This document shows positions 10,879-23,624 of a DNA stretch of 64,000 bases, piece by piece. Location: contig NW_027590144.1 of assembly GCF_964213995.1 (NCBI RefSeq), forward strand, positions 310,001 through 374,000. Reading direction: 5' to 3'. The notes beneath the pieces were generated by a model that was not told the DNA's origin, searched no databases, and saw only the letters and a program-made list of their open reading frames with translations. How positions within the stretch are numbered: the first letter of the stretch is position 1; each line of letters begins with the position of its first letter. The stretch comes from Mustelus asterias. Its lineage: Eukaryota. The position numbers were made by a program, and so were the translations under genes.

Positions 10879-11634
10879 ATGGAGAAACCGTGGAAATGTG
10901 GGGACTGTGGGAAGGGATTCAAAGCTCCATCTGATCTGGAAACTCATCGACGCAGTCACACTGGGGAGAGACCGTTCACCTGCTATGTGTGTGGGAAGGG
11001 ATTCAGTCACTCATCCAGTCTGCAGAGACACCAGCGAGTTCACACCGGGGAGAGACCGTTCACCTGCTCTGTGTGTGAGAAGGAATTCACTCACTCATCC
11101 GACCTGCAGACACACCACCGAGTTCACACTGGGGAGAAACCGTTCACCTGCTCGCAATGTGGGGAGGGATTCACTCGGTTATCCAATCTGCGGACACACC
11201 AGCGAGTTCACACTGGGGAGAGACCGTTCATCTGCTCTCAATGTGGGGAGGGATTCACTCAGTTATCCCACTTGCAGACACACCAGCGAGTTCACACTGG
11301 GGAGAGGCCATACAGCTGCCCTCAGTGTGGGAAGGGATTCAGTCATTCATCCACCCTGCGGACACACGAGCGACTTCACACTGGGGAGAGACCGTTCACC
11401 TGCTCTCAGTGTGGGAAAAGATTCGCTCAGTTATCCACCCAGCTGGCACACCAGCGCATTCACACTGGGGAGAGGCCCTTTACCTGCTCTCAGTGTGGGA
11501 AGGGATTCAGAGTTTCATCCCACCTGCTGAGACACCAGCGAGTTCACATTGGAGAGAGGCCGTTCACCTCTCAGTGTGGGAAGGGATTCAGAGCTTCATT
11601 TGCCCTGCTGAGACACCAACACGTTCATGAATGA
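10879..11634 (+). CDS. C2H2 poly-zinc-finger protein Z2 (8 intact fingers plus a last finger lacking its first Cys)
   Basis: accATGG start of [18 protein letters not shown] linkers, open to the stop at 11632-11634. Confidence 0.9.
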   Translation: MEKPWKCGDCGKGFKAPSDLETHRRSHTGERPFTCYVCGKGFSHSSSLQRHQRVHTGERPFTCSVCEKEFTHSSDLQTHHRVHTGEKPFTCSQCGEGFTRLSNLRTHQRVHTGERPFICSQCGEGFTQLSHLQTHQRVHTGERPYSCPQCGKGFSHSSTLRTHERLHTGERPFTCSQCGKRFAQLSTQLAHQRIHTGERPFTCSQCGKGFRVSSHLLRHQRVHIGERPFTSQCGKGFRASFALLRHQHVHE

Positions 11635-11842
11635 TATTCGGGGTTGAATTTTGCTGTTGTTGTCTCTGCTCTCAATTACATCCAGGACTGCATTTTGTTC
11701 ATTCTCACAGTTAGTCAATGGGGAGGGTCAGAGGGTTTCTTTCTGCTGGACTGGCCGGTCTCACGACTTTGCCTGCAGTGGGCTGATGCTCTCTGAGTCT
11801 TGTTGCGAATACCTGGTTTTAAATTTCACAAGGGTAACAGAG

Positions 11843-12122
11843 TTCAAAGAATCAAAGAAACCCGACGGTGCAGAAGGAGGCCATTCGGCCCATTGACTCT
11901 GCACCGACCACAATCCCACCCAGGCCCTATCCCCATAACCCCATGCATTTAGCTTAGCTGGCCCCCCTGATACTAAGAGGCAATTTAGCATGGCCAATCC
12001 ACCTAACCTGCACATCTTTGGACTGTGGGAGGAAACCGGAGCACCCGGAGGAAACCCATGCAGACACGATGGGAATGTGCAAACTCCACAAAGAAGTGAC
12101 CCAAGCCAGGAATCGAACCCAG
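11843..12122 (-). mobile_element. HE1-like SINE
   Basis: V-domain and CR1-type tail; absent from the paralogous 3' cassettes. Confidence 0.88.
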
Positions 12123-13268
12123 GCTGGAAGTTGAGAGATATTTAGTCAGCATTTCTGTTTGAAAGCCCCCAAATGCTCATCCAATTTCCTTTGTAATTGT
12201 TTATTGTCTCCACTTCCTCCACCCTCGTAGGCAGCGAGTTCCAGGTCATTACCATTCGCTGCATCAAAATATTCTTCCTCACATCCCCCTCCTGCATCTC
12301 TGAGCCAAAATCTGCGTCCCCCTCATCCTTGTCCCATCAGCGAATGGGAACAGCTTTTCTTTGTCCACCTTATCTAAACCTGTCAGAATCTCGTCCACCT
12401 CTATCAAATCTCCCCTCAACCTCCTTTGCTCCAAGAGGAACAATCCCAGCCTGACATCGACAATAAAGAACAAACTAACAGAATATGTTAATACCTGAAA
12501 TTACCTCAATGTTTAATTTCTGTTTTAAAGATATTGTGAAGATATTGTCCTGGACAATAAAGGAATTGGAATAACTCACCTTGGGTGTGGTTGAATGGAA
12601 TATATCAATCTGGAATCCACCTACAGTCTAGTGAAAGTCTGGAATGTGTAGCTGGAAATCCCTCCCTAACAGCACTGTGGGTGTACTTACACCTCAGGCA
12701 TTATAACAGTTCAAGAAGGCAGTGTTGGCGCTGATCGTGGCCGAAGCAGCTACATACAGCCACATATTCTGTTATAATTGAAGGACAGCAGATTGAATGT
12801 GAGGCATTATGGGACTGGACTATCTTGACCACATTCCTGTGACTGCTCAGTTTCTGCAATCACGGACCATTAAAGCTGCTTAGCAGGGCCCCGACAGAGG
12901 ACCTGGTGAGAATATTTACTCAGAATGAGTTAGAGTTAAACTTATTCCAGGACTGGCTGGTTTCAGCTGGTGAGATACCTGAATCTGTAAAAAGGGGGTC
13001 TGACCAATCAACAAACGATGATAGGTAGTTGGTTCTCAGGCATTATTTAAATTATTTTATCATAAATTTGTGACCCGGTAGTTGGTGAAGTGACGGTATA
13101 CTCCAAGTAGCACTGGAGTGAAAAGCAGACCTCTGAGCGTACATTCTAATGGTTATAATCGTATCCAAGCATGGATAGGATTATAACCAGAGCTCGAGTG
13201 GGGACTGGACAGGTCTCTTACCTGCTATTTGGAAACTAAGAACAAGAAACTTATCGATACAATGAGAA

Positions 13269-13446
13269 GAGAAAAGAGCCAACGTTTTGAGTCTGGATTA
13301 CACTTCAGAAGAGCTCTTATGAAGGGTGATCCAGACTCGAAACATTGGCTCTATTCTCTTTCCACAGATACTGTCAGACCTGCTGAGACTTTCCAGCAAT
13401 TTCTGTTTTGTTTCAGATTCCAGCATCCGCAGTATTTCACTTTTAT
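13269..13446. repeat. Penelope-derived palindromic element with two degenerate hammerhead cores
   Basis: Inverted arms of ~45 bp centred on gagctc; the right arm is cttATGAagggtgatccagactcGAAAcatt. Copies at 19539-19716, 29979-30156 and 54700-54853; related pieces at 17535-17668, 37420-37490 and 46512-46695. Confidence 0.7.
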
Positions 13447-13901
13447 GATGAAATGATTAGTTCTGATTGGAATCCCCACGACCCTCCCGCTAAACAGAGG
13501 GAGTGGTGGCAAAGGGAGAAAAAGGATAAGGATGATAAAGTCTGGGTTCTGATTCTCGAGCCCATGTAGAATAAACAAAATGAGTGAACCAGTTTATAAA
13601 GAACAGAAGTTACCCATCCCCAACAAAAACTGATCAAATTAAAATAATTAGGTTGAGGAATATAACAATAAAAATGACGTTTAAAAAAGTTTGTTTTGTT
13701 GTTACTGAACTGTATTGTTGTCATTTTGTTGTTATCACACTGTATTCACCTCAATGTTTGTGGAATCTGTGTAGCGAGCAGGAATTGTTTAAACTAAGAA
13801 TTTCTTCTTTGATTTTGATCAGCGAGAGGACATTATATTCTGTGAAATCTGCCTCAAGAATAAGGCTGATTGTTCAGTCTGAGTGTGAAAGAAAGATACA
13901 G

Positions 13902-14500
13902 GAGGCGATCTTACCGGCTCGACTCGGCGCTCGATTAGACCGGTGAGCCAGGAAGATAGCGTGCGAGACTAAAGGATTGCTCTCTTCCCGGCCTGTGTTT
14001 TGCCGGCTTCATTCCCAGAAAGGGAGTGAAGGCTATTTGCACAGAGTTGCCTACATTACAATGTGATTGGTGGGTTCAGCATGGCTGCTTCCCCCACTCG
14101 CTGGCAAGACGTCACATCGCCGAGAACCACTACTGGTCTTCACCAGCGGGGACCAGGTGCTTGGGCCACACTGGGGGTGTGGGATCGGAGGCCATTGAAG
14201 CCACCATGGTGGTCAGGGGCAGTGCCCATTGGGCAATGCCACATTCAGTACCCTCCTGGCACCCTGGCAGTGCCCAGTTGAGCACCATAAGTGTACCATG
14301 GGCAGTGCCAAGGGGATGGGTGGGGCTTAGTGGAGGGGTATTTATAATGACTGGGGGCTTATGCAAGGAGGGTGGACGCCAAGCGGCGAGCTTTGCATGG
14401 GGGAGGGTGATCGGGTGGTTGAGGTGAATCTCTGCCAAGGGGAGTGGATGTGCACGGGGGGGCATTCAGGAATTGGCCACGGAGGGGGCATCATGGTGAT
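13902..14500 (+). mobile_element. GC-rich interspersed repeat (same family as 3724-4430)
   Basis: Homology to the inverted copy at 3724-4430. Confidence 0.5.
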
Positions 14501-14634
14501 TGAATGAGAAGTGACCTTAATTGAGTTACAATTAATGAATCAGTCGTTATAGGAAAAGACTGAGTTTTTATTTGCTGTTAAAATGTAAAATCTTAATTGC
14601 TGTGTATGTAACGAATGTGCAATGAAGATACATT

Positions 14635-14942
14635 TTTAAAGTTTATTTATTTGTGTCACAAGTAGGCTCACATTAACACTGCAATGAAGTTACTGTGAAA
14701 ATCCCCTAGTCACCACACTCCGGCGCCTGTTCGAGTTACATGGAGGGAGAATTTAGCACGGCCAATGCACCCTAACCAGCACATCTTTCAGACTGGGGAA
14801 GGAAACAGGAGCAGCTGGAGGAAACCCAGGCAGACACGGGGAGAACATGCCGACACCACATGGACAGTGACCCAAGCCGAGAATCGAAACCAGATCCCTG
14901 GCGCTGTGAGGCAGCAATGCCAACCACTGTGCCACCGTGCCG
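14635..14942 (-). mobile_element. V-SINE with alternative tail
   Basis: tRNA-like head and V-domain; the tail is cacagtaacttcattgcagtgttaatgt..cctacttgtgac..aataaataaacttt. Confidence 0.85.
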
Positions 14943-15400
14943 CAGCTGGCGTAGTGTACTGGCGAGAGAGATCTTCAAGCTCTGATTAGCCTCAACATTT
15001 GAAACTGTGTGAATAAGGGGATTGTATAGAATCAGATAAAGGGATAGTATGAACCAGTTCTCTTGTATTCCTGTCTAAGATAATGAGAGAAAGTGGTGTC
15101 AGTAATTGAGGATCCAATTCAATTAATCTGGTGACCAAATTGACCAATTGTCATGTTACAACAGGCCCAACTCTGACGTGTGGTAACGGTCACTTTGGGG
15201 ATAAAAGTAGAGGTTCTGAAGGTTTTCCTTGTGAACCAAATTCTGAAGTCTCCCAAGGCTGAGTTCCAAGGAAATTACTGTCAAAGAAGGAGCCAGACTC
15301 CCAAGGCAGAATTCCACAAGAATTCCTGTCAAAGAAGGAGCCAGAGAGGGTTACTCTTCTACGGACTGATCACCCGCATGAAGTTGTAAAAGTCAATGTC

Positions 15401-15695
15401 TTAAAGTTTATTTATTAGTCACAAGTAGGCTTACATTCACGCTGCAATGAAGTTACTGTGAAATTCCCCTAGTTGCCACACTCTGGCGCCTGTTCAGGTA
15501 CACTGAATGAGAATTTAGCATGGCCAATCCACCTAACCTGCACATCATTGGGCTGTGGGAGGAAATCGGAGGACCTGGAGAAAACCCATGCAGACATGGG
15601 GAGAATGTGTAGACTCCACACAGACAGTGACCCAAGCCAGGAATTGAACCCGGGTCCCTGGCGCTGAGAGGCAGCACTAACCACTGTGCCACCGT
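15401..15695 (-). mobile_element. V-SINE with alternative tail
   Basis: Same structure as 14635-14942. Confidence 0.85.
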
Positions 15696-15733
15696 GGTCA
15701 GTTGTTCAGTAAACCTTTTTCATTCAATAAATT

Positions 15734-16073
15734 TGGGCGGCACGGTAACACAGTGGTTAGCACTGCTGCTTCACAGCTCCAGGGTCCCAGGTTCGATTCC
15801 CGGCTCGGGTCACTGTCTGTGTGGGGTTTGCGCATTCTCCTCATGTCTGCGTGGGTTTCCTCCGGGTGCTCCGGTTTCCTCCCACAGTCCAAAGATGTGC
15901 GGGTTAGGTTGATTGGCCAGGTTAAAAATTGCCCCTTAGAGTCCTGGGATGCGTAGGTTAGAGGGATAAGCAGGTAAATATGTGGGGGTAGGGCCTGGGT
16001 GGGATTGTGGTCAGTGCAGACTCGATGGGCCGAATGGCCTCCTTCTGCACTGTAGGGTTTCTATGATTCTATG
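15734..16073 (+). mobile_element. Full-length HE1-like SINE
   Basis: gggcggcacggt..cagtggttagc (A box), ggttcgattcc (B box), V-domain and tail ttctatgattctatga. Confidence 0.92.
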
Positions 16074-17879
16074 AAATTTCTTAAATTTACTATCCAGAGA
16101 ATTCTGCCTTTACCACAAAGAGGGAACAGGCTACAGATGATTTAAAGAGAAACCATTTGTGTCCAGAACATTGTGAACATCCTTTTACTCTGGTTGTCTT
16201 TGATCCTCAAGTCATTTTCTGTTTGTTTTAACCATGTTCTGTTTCATTAATAAACTTTTATCAGTAAAAATATTTGATTTTTCTGGACTTTTCCTGCTGA
16301 GATTGATGCACTTTAGGGAAAGTGGGTGAGAGGGGTTGGCAGGCTCTTTAACAGAAAGTGAGTCCCTCTAAGGTAATTGGCAAAGGAGCCAGAGGGGGAG
16401 ATGGGATTTTATTTTATTTTTTGACACAGCGAGTTGTTCTGATCTGCCTGAAAGCAGATTCAATAGAATCTTTCCAAAGGGTAAAGACTTGAAAGGGAAG
16501 AATTTGCAGGGCTGTGGGGAAAGAACAGAGCAGTTGATGAATCAGAGAGTCCTTTCAAAGAGATAGCAGGGGCACGATGGGCTGAAGGGTAACCTCCTGC
16601 AGCCTGTCAATCTCAGCCTCCTGCTTTTGTGCAGGTTAAAAGGGGCAGATTTCAGTGCAGCCTCTTCTCTGTATCTGTATTTAAAGAGACAGGTTTCTCT
16701 TTAGCTCTGAGTGACAGATATAACAATTGGTTGGAGGCCCATTTCCCACTCAGTCCTCCAGCACCTTCCTGTCTCTCTATTAGTGCGACGCCCAGGGCAG
16801 TTTCCCAACTGGGGCACAGGCCCCGTTATTCTCGGCTAAATTCAGCCCTCAGCTCCGTCGCCTGGCTGTCATTGACACGAGCAATAGAGAGACAGGAAGG
16901 TACCCTAGGCTCAAATGGGAAGTCGAAACGTGTGGCTTTAAATGAACTGTTAGGATCTCTGATGATCAACAATTAAAAAAAGAATTCTAAAGCCAGTGAG
17001 TAAATTAAAGAATCACATGACAAAACTTCAAGTTTTCTGATGTTTACTCCAACAAACTGGAGGCAACAATGATTAAACACTTTTTTATCGGGAACATAGC
17101 CCTGAAACTGTACAATTAAACTTTGCCCTTTTACTCTTAACACCATTAAATATCCACTCAATGAATATATTTTACTTTGCCTTGGAATGTTGACACTCTT
17201 TCTCCAAAAACAGTCCAAAGTGATTCTTTACTCCTCAAGGGTTTATTTCCATTGTTTTCCTTTTCCAGTTTGGCAACCTTTAATCCCAGAACTGTCCTTC
17301 ACAGTGATGGTTCTCCTGGACATTTTCCCACTAACACAAGCAAGGCGAATCTTCCAGCCTTGTTTCACAATCCTCAGGAATTTGTGACCAACATTCAACA
17401 TCGGAGCAGAAGTCGGCCATTTGGCCCTTTGAGTCGGCTCCACCATTTATTTAGATCATGGCTGATCTGTCTGTGTTGCGTTCTCGTGCTATACCCGATA
17501 CTTTTGATGCCCTTATCCAACAAGAATTAGTATAAAGGCAAAATTCTGCTGTTGTTGGAATCTGAAACAAAAACAGAAAATGCTGGACAATCTCAGCAAG
17601 TCTGACAGCATCTGGAGAGAGAGAATAGAGACAACATTTTGAGACAGGATTACTCTTTGTCAGAGATGAAGACAAGAAAAATCGGACAAAATTTATCCTG
17701 TGAGGGTCAAGAATTGGGAAGCAATCTATTAAACCTCCTCTGAACCACTTTCAATGCATTTGTATCATTTCTTAAATAGCAGACAAAGCTGCACCGAGTA
17801 TTCAAGATGCAGTCTCAGTAACACCCTGTATAACTGAAGCAGAACATCTTTACTTCCATGTTCAATTTCTCTCGTAATA

Positions 17880-18671
17880 GAACAAAGAAAATTACAGCAC
17901 AGGAACAGGCCCTTCGGCCCTCCAAGCCTGCACCAACCATGCTGCCCGACTTAACTAAAAACCCCTACCCTTCCGGAGACCATATCACTCTATTCCCATC
18001 CTATTCATGTCCTTGTCAAGACGCCCCTTAAAAGTCACTACCGTATCCGCTTCCACTACCTCCCCCGACAACGAGTTCCAGGCACCCACTACTCTCTCTG
18101 TAAAAAATCTGCTTTGTACATCTCCTTTAAACCTTGCACCTTAAACCTATGCCCCCAAGTAATTGACTCTTCCACCCTGGGAAAAAGCTTCTGACTATCT
18201 GCTCTGTCCATGCCCTCATAATCTTGTAGACTTCTATCAGGTCTCCCCTCAACCTCCGTCGCTCCAGTGAGAACAAACCAAGTTGCTCCAACCTCTCCTC
18301 ATAGCTAATGCCCTCCATACCAGGCAACATCCTGGTAAATCCTTTCTGTACCCTCTCCAAAGCCTCCATAGCCTTCTGGTGGTATGGCGACCAGAATTGA
18401 ACACTATATTCCAAGTGCGGCCTAACTAAGGTTCTATAAAGCTGCAACATGACTTGCCAATTTTTAAACTCAATACCCCGGCCGATGAAGGCAAGCATGC
18501 CGTCTGCCTTCTTGACTACCTTCTCCACCTGCATTGCCACTTTCAGTGAACTGTGTACCTGTAAACCCAGATCCCTCTGCCTATCAATACTCTTAAGGGT
18601 TCTGCCATTTACTGTATATTTCCTATCTGTATTAGACCTTCCAAAATGCATTACCTCACATTTGTCCGGAA
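17880..18671 (-). mobile_element. CR1 3' fragment (family of 110-2250)
   Basis: ORF 18127-18687 is nearly identical to the C-terminus of 1062-1994 and has the same tail. Confidence 0.92.
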
Positions 18672-18693
18672 TAATAAAGGATAACATTCCATT

Positions 18694-19115
18694 TGTCAGA
18701 ACTTTGATTTATTTCAACTAAGATTTATGGGGGTTCTCTTGTTTACAATAACCTCCCTAATAGTAAATCACACCAGGTTCCAGTGACTTAATCATATGGC
18801 AAGAAAGAACACTTTAAATCGCGAATTCAAAAGTTTATTAATCATTAAAAATGTAACAAGTCAGAAAGATAAAAAAACAGATTGTCGATTAACAGTTAAT
18901 AGAGAAAGCTTAACTTTTAACAATTTAACAGACTTCTCTCCATCCCTCTCAGACCAGGACATGAAGTGACCGCTCCAAAAACATGGATAACTTGTAAAAC
19001 CAACAGCTCTCAACACCTCTCTGTAAACATCTCTCCCTCCACCTCTCTCTACCAAATTGCCTTCTCAAGACCACTTTTTTATACTTTAAAATGTCAAAAG
19101 CCCATCTCAGCCAAT
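18694..19115 (-). mobile_element. LTR-like fragment
   Basis: Inverted homolog of 36220-36896, with TATAAAA, AATAAA and a terminal CA on the minus strand. Confidence 0.45.
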
Positions 19116-20073
19116 TCCCATAAATCTTCAATTATAAACTAAAATAGACACGAGTTTTCGGGTGATTTAAAAACAAATGAACTGTCTGCTGAAAGGGTTA
19201 ACTTTTCTACAGAACCTAAAGGGGTGGGGAGTGAGCAGCAAAAACTTGGCACACAATTACATCACTTTACACAAGTTAAAAACAAAACAAACGATTTTAA
19301 ACTTCATCGATGAATTTTTTTGTTATATTCCTCAACCTATTTAATTTGATCAGTTTTTGTTAGGGATGGGTAACTTCTGTTCTTTATAAACTGATTCACG
19401 CATTTTGTTAATTCTACATGGGCTCGGAGAATCAGAACCCAGACTTTATCATCCTTATCCTTATTCTCCTTCTGCCACCGCTCCCTCTGTTTTGCGGGAG
19501 GGTTGTGGGATTCCAATCAGACCGAATCATTTTATCATAAAAGTAAAATACTGCCGATGCTGGAATCTGAAACAAAAACAGAAAATGCTGGAAAATCTCA
19601 GCAGGTCTGACAGCATCTGTGGAGAGAGAATAGAGCCAATGTTTCCAGTCTGGATGTCCCTTTATAAGAGCTCTTATGAAGTGTCATCCAGACTCGAAAG
19701 GTTGGCTCTATTCTCTAATCATTTTAATCGATAAGTTTCTTGTTCTTAGTTTCCAAATGGCAGGTAAGAGACCTGTCCGATCCCCACTTGAGCTCTGATT
19801 TTTCACTGGCCATGCTTGGGTAAGATTATAACCATGAGAATCTACTCTCAGGTTTTTACTTTTCAGTCCAGTGCTACTTGGAGTATACCGTCACTTCACC
19901 GACTATCAGGTCACAAGTCCTTCACAGTCCTTTATGATAAAATAATGTAAACATGCCTGAAAATGCTTAACTTCTTAGTCAGCGACCTACCCCCGTTTGT
20001 TGATTAGTCAGATCCCTTTTTTACAGATTCCAGGTTTCTCAGCTGCTGAACACCAGCCGGTCCTGCAATAATC

Positions 20074-20548
20074 TCATAGAATCTCTACAGTGCAGAAGGA
20101 GGCCATTCGGCCCATCAAGTCTGCACCAACCACAATCCCACCGACTCTATCCCCATATTATCCAGTATTAAGAGATCCGTAGATAGGTTCATGGACGAAA
20201 AGAAATTGGTTTAGGTTGGAGGGTCACAGTTTTTTTTTTAACTGGTCGGTGCAACATCGTGGGCCGAAGGGCCTGTTCTGCGCTGTAATGTTCTATGTTC
20301 TATGTTCTATAACCCCATGCATTTACCCGAGCTAGTCCCCCTGACACTAAAGGGCAATTTCGCATGGCCAATCCACCTAACCCACACACCTTTGGACTGT
20401 GGGAGGAAACCGGAGCACCCGGAGGAAACCTACACAGACACAGGGAGAATGTGCAAACTCCACACAGACAGTGACCCAAGCTGGGAATCGAACCCGGGTC
20501 CCTTGCGCTGTGAACCAGCAGTGCTAACCACTGTACCACCGTGCCACC
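20074..20548 (-). mobile_element. HE1-like SINE interrupted by a plus-strand CR1 tail (~20158-20310)
   Basis: SINE halves flank an insert ending gggccgaagggcctgttctgcgctgtaat(gttctat)3. Confidence 0.85.
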
Positions 20549-21369
20549 CCAGTTTAATTCTAACTCATTCTGAGTAAATATTCTCACCAAGGTAAGTACA
20601 CCCATAGGGAGGGATTTCCAGCTGCACATTCCAGACTTTCACTAACTGCAGGTGGATATCAGATTGAGATATTCCATTCAACCACTCCCAAGGTGAGTTA
20701 TTCCTATTCATTTATTGTCCAGATCAATATATTAACAATATCTTTAAAACAGAAATTAAACATTCCCATTTGATTTCAGGTACTAACATATTCTGTTAGT
20801 TTGTTCTTTATTGTCGATGTCAGGCTGGGGTTGTTCCCCTTGGAGCAAAGGAGGTTGAGGGGAGATTTGATAGAGGTGGACAAGATTCTGACAGGTTTAG
20901 ATAAGGTGGACAAAGAAAAGCTGTTCGCATTAGCTGACGGGACAAGGACGAGGGGGGTCACAGATTTATGGTTTTGGGTCAGAGATGCAGGGGGGGGATG
21001 TGAGGAAGAATATTTTGATGCAGCGAATGGTAATGACCTGGAACTCGCTGCCTACGAGGGTGGAGGAAGTGGAGACAATAAACAATTACACAGGAAATTG
21101 GATGGGCATTTGAGGGAGTTTCAAACAAAAATAGTGACTCCTAACTTCCTAACACCCTGTCACTCTGTGATCCTTGTGAAATTTGAAACCATGTATTCGC
21201 AACAAGACTCAAAGAGCATCAGCCCACTGGAGGCAAAGTTGTGAGACCGCCAGTCCAGCAGAAAGAAACCCTCCGACCCTCCCCATTGACCAACTGTGAG
21301 AATGAACTAAATGCAGTCCTGGATGTAATTGAGAGCAGAAACAATAACAGCAGAATCCAACCCCTGGAA

Positions 21370-21960
21370 TCACTCGTGAACTTGTTGGTGTCTCAGCAGC
21401 TGGGATGAAAGACTGAATCTCTTCTCACACACAGAGCAGGTGAATGGCCTCTCCCCAGTGTGAACTCGCTGGTGTCTCTGCAGGTTGGATAATCGAGTGA
21501 ATCCCTTCTCACACTGAGAGCAGGTGAACGGTCTCTCCCCAGTGTGAACTCGCTGGTGTCTCAGCAGGTTGGATGAATCACAGAATCCCTTCCCACACTG
21601 AGAGCAGGTGAATGGCCTCTCCCCAGTGTGAACTCGCTGGTGTCTCAGCAGGCTGGATGAATCACAGAATCCCTTCCCACACTGAGAGCAGCTGAATGGC
21701 CTCTCCCCAGTATGAACGTGCTCATGTGCCCACAGGTCGGATGACCGAGTGAATCCCTTCCCACACTGAGAACACGTGAACAGTCTCTCCTCAGTGTGGA
21801 CTTGCTGGTGTGACTGCAGGCTGGATGACTGAGTGAATCCCTCCCCACACTGAGAGCACATGAATGGTCTCTCCCCAGTGTGGTTGCGCCGATGAACTTC
21901 CAGCTCTGATGGGTATCTGTATCTCTTCCCACAGTCCCCACATTTCCATGGTTTCTCCAT
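21370..21960 (-). CDS. C2H2 poly-zinc-finger protein Z3 (7 fingers, 196 aa)
   Basis: Intact from [12 protein letters not shown] to LLRHQQVHE*. Confidence 0.9.
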   Translation of the reverse strand: MEKPWKCGDCGKRYRYPSELEVHRRNHTGERPFMCSQCGEGFTQSSSLQSHQQVHTEERLFTCSQCGKGFTRSSDLWAHEHVHTGERPFSCSQCGKGFCDSSSLLRHQRVHTGERPFTCSQCGKGFCDSSNLLRHQRVHTGERPFTCSQCEKGFTRLSNLQRHQRVHTGERPFTCSVCEKRFSLSSQLLRHQQVHE

Positions 21961-22559
21961 GATGCAGGTGTCCTTGCCTCTCTCTTGGGTGGACAATCAG
22001 TTGAAGCCTCGTCCACACACACAACACGAGTACAGTCTCTCCCCGCTGTGAATGGTGTGATATTTATTCAGGCTGTGTAACTGGTTAAAGCTCTTTAGTC
22101 AGTGCACTGGAACACTCTCACTCAAGTGTGGCAGAGTGTTGGTGCTTTTCCAGTCACACTGACCTTTGAAATCTTTTCAAATCAACAGACCGGACAATCA
22201 TTTCTCCTTCTGGATTCAATGGCCGATGATATTGAGGTCCCAAGAAATATGACTCTGTCAGATCTGACGTGACGTTTGACATTTCGGCCTGTGATTCCTC
22301 TTTCAATATCCTGTAAAATGAGTTTACAAAAGTCATCAGTGTCAGTACAGGATAGAAATTCAGAACAGACAATTCTAGTTTCTATGGAACATTCTTTCCT
22401 ATTTCAGTCCCAAAAAGCTGTAAATCTCCATCCCACACACTCTCCCTCCATTCTCACTCTGCTGTATCTAATATTCACCCTCCCAATTCTCCTGAAGGTG
22501 CTGATTGAGGCTGATTGACAGATCCATGTTCACTGCTTCCTGTCCTGGACACAGAGACC

Positions 22560-22960
22560 ATAACAAATAGGAGCTGCAGTCGGCCATTTGGCCCATCGAT
22601 TCTTTTAAACTATTCAATGAGATAATTCATTCATCTACCTCAGCATCATTCTCCCCACACTAAACCCATATCCCTTGATATCCTCAATATCTAGAAACCA
22701 ATCAATCTCTCTCTTGAAAATAGTTGATGACTGAGGCTTCACTGTCCTCAGGGGTTGAGAATTCCAAAGCTTTACCACATCCTTGAGTGAAGAAATCCCC
22801 CCACGTATTACCTTTTGCTCCATCTTCTTGTCTGTTCCCCATAACTCTTGACACCCTTGTCAGTCAAAGATCTGTCTAACTGGAATATATTCAATGATCC
22901 TCAGCCTCCACTGGTCCCTGTAGAAGAGAAATCCAAAAGACTAACAACCCTCTGAGGGAA
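22560..22960 (-). mobile_element. Old CR1 3' relics in the ZNF intron
   Basis: Decayed VVKLWNS.P...FKREID. Homologous relics at 58120-58520 (-) and 60080-60425 (+). Confidence 0.6.
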
Positions 22961-23624
22961 GAGACGTCTGGAAAGATATAACGTAGCTACAGTTCCATAT
23001 TAGAAGATATTCAGATCCCAAGGAATATGACTCTGTCTAGATGTGACGGTTGAGATTTTTGCCTGTGATTCCTCGTTCAAAATCCTGTGAAATGAGTTTA
23101 CAAAGGTAATCACAGTCAGTATAGGATAGAAATTCAGAGTAGACAATTCTAGTTTCTATGGAACATTCTTTCCTATTTCATTCCCAAAAAGTTGTAAATC
23201 TCCATCCATATCTATGGATTCTATTTAAAAATGAAAGTGGATGGGCAATTGAAGGAAATAAACTTTCAGGACAATGGGGATATAGAGTGGGAACGGGACT
23301 GGAATGTTATACAGAGAGTCAGCCTGGGCTCGAGTTACCGAATGAATTCCTTCTGTGCTGTAATGGCTTTATGACTGGAAATGTATAACATCGCTACAGC
23401 ATTATATTAAAATGCAAGAAATAATAATAAAAGTATTTGAATACAGGAACATAAATAATATATTTAATCTGGGTACCTTATAACAACACTAGACATATCT
23501 CTGTCCTATATTAACGTAAATGTCAGCCATCTCCTGGGGCAAGCTGCCCTTTAATTGTGAACATTAGAAAAAAGACCATCCTTTTAGACAGACAAATAAA
23601 TGTGTCAAGCTGAGGGAGCAAAGG

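Larger units (their letters stand above)
11635..13750 (+). repeat. Duplicated ZNF 3' cassette (3' UTR, antisense CR1 relic, AATAAA signals, palindrome)
   Basis: Homologous blocks follow Z3 (21369 down to ~19140), Z4 (28644-30240 plus 34533-34870), Z7 (47938-49905, interrupted), Z8 (56338 down to ~53400) and Z9 (61628-62385). The proximal ~150 nt also follow Z1 and Z5. Confidence 0.85.

Noticed and set aside
15734-15810. tRNA genes
   Set aside because: The A/B-box sequences are SINE heads continuing into the V-domain, not stand-alone cloverleaves.
15154-16352. Solo LTR (TGTTACA...TTAACA with AATAAA and an internal direct repeat)
   Set aside because: No TSD and no second copy in the window; too weak to call.
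16973-17446. Gypsy gag/protease remnant
   Set aside because: No CCHC or DTG/DSG motif could be recovered by manual translation.
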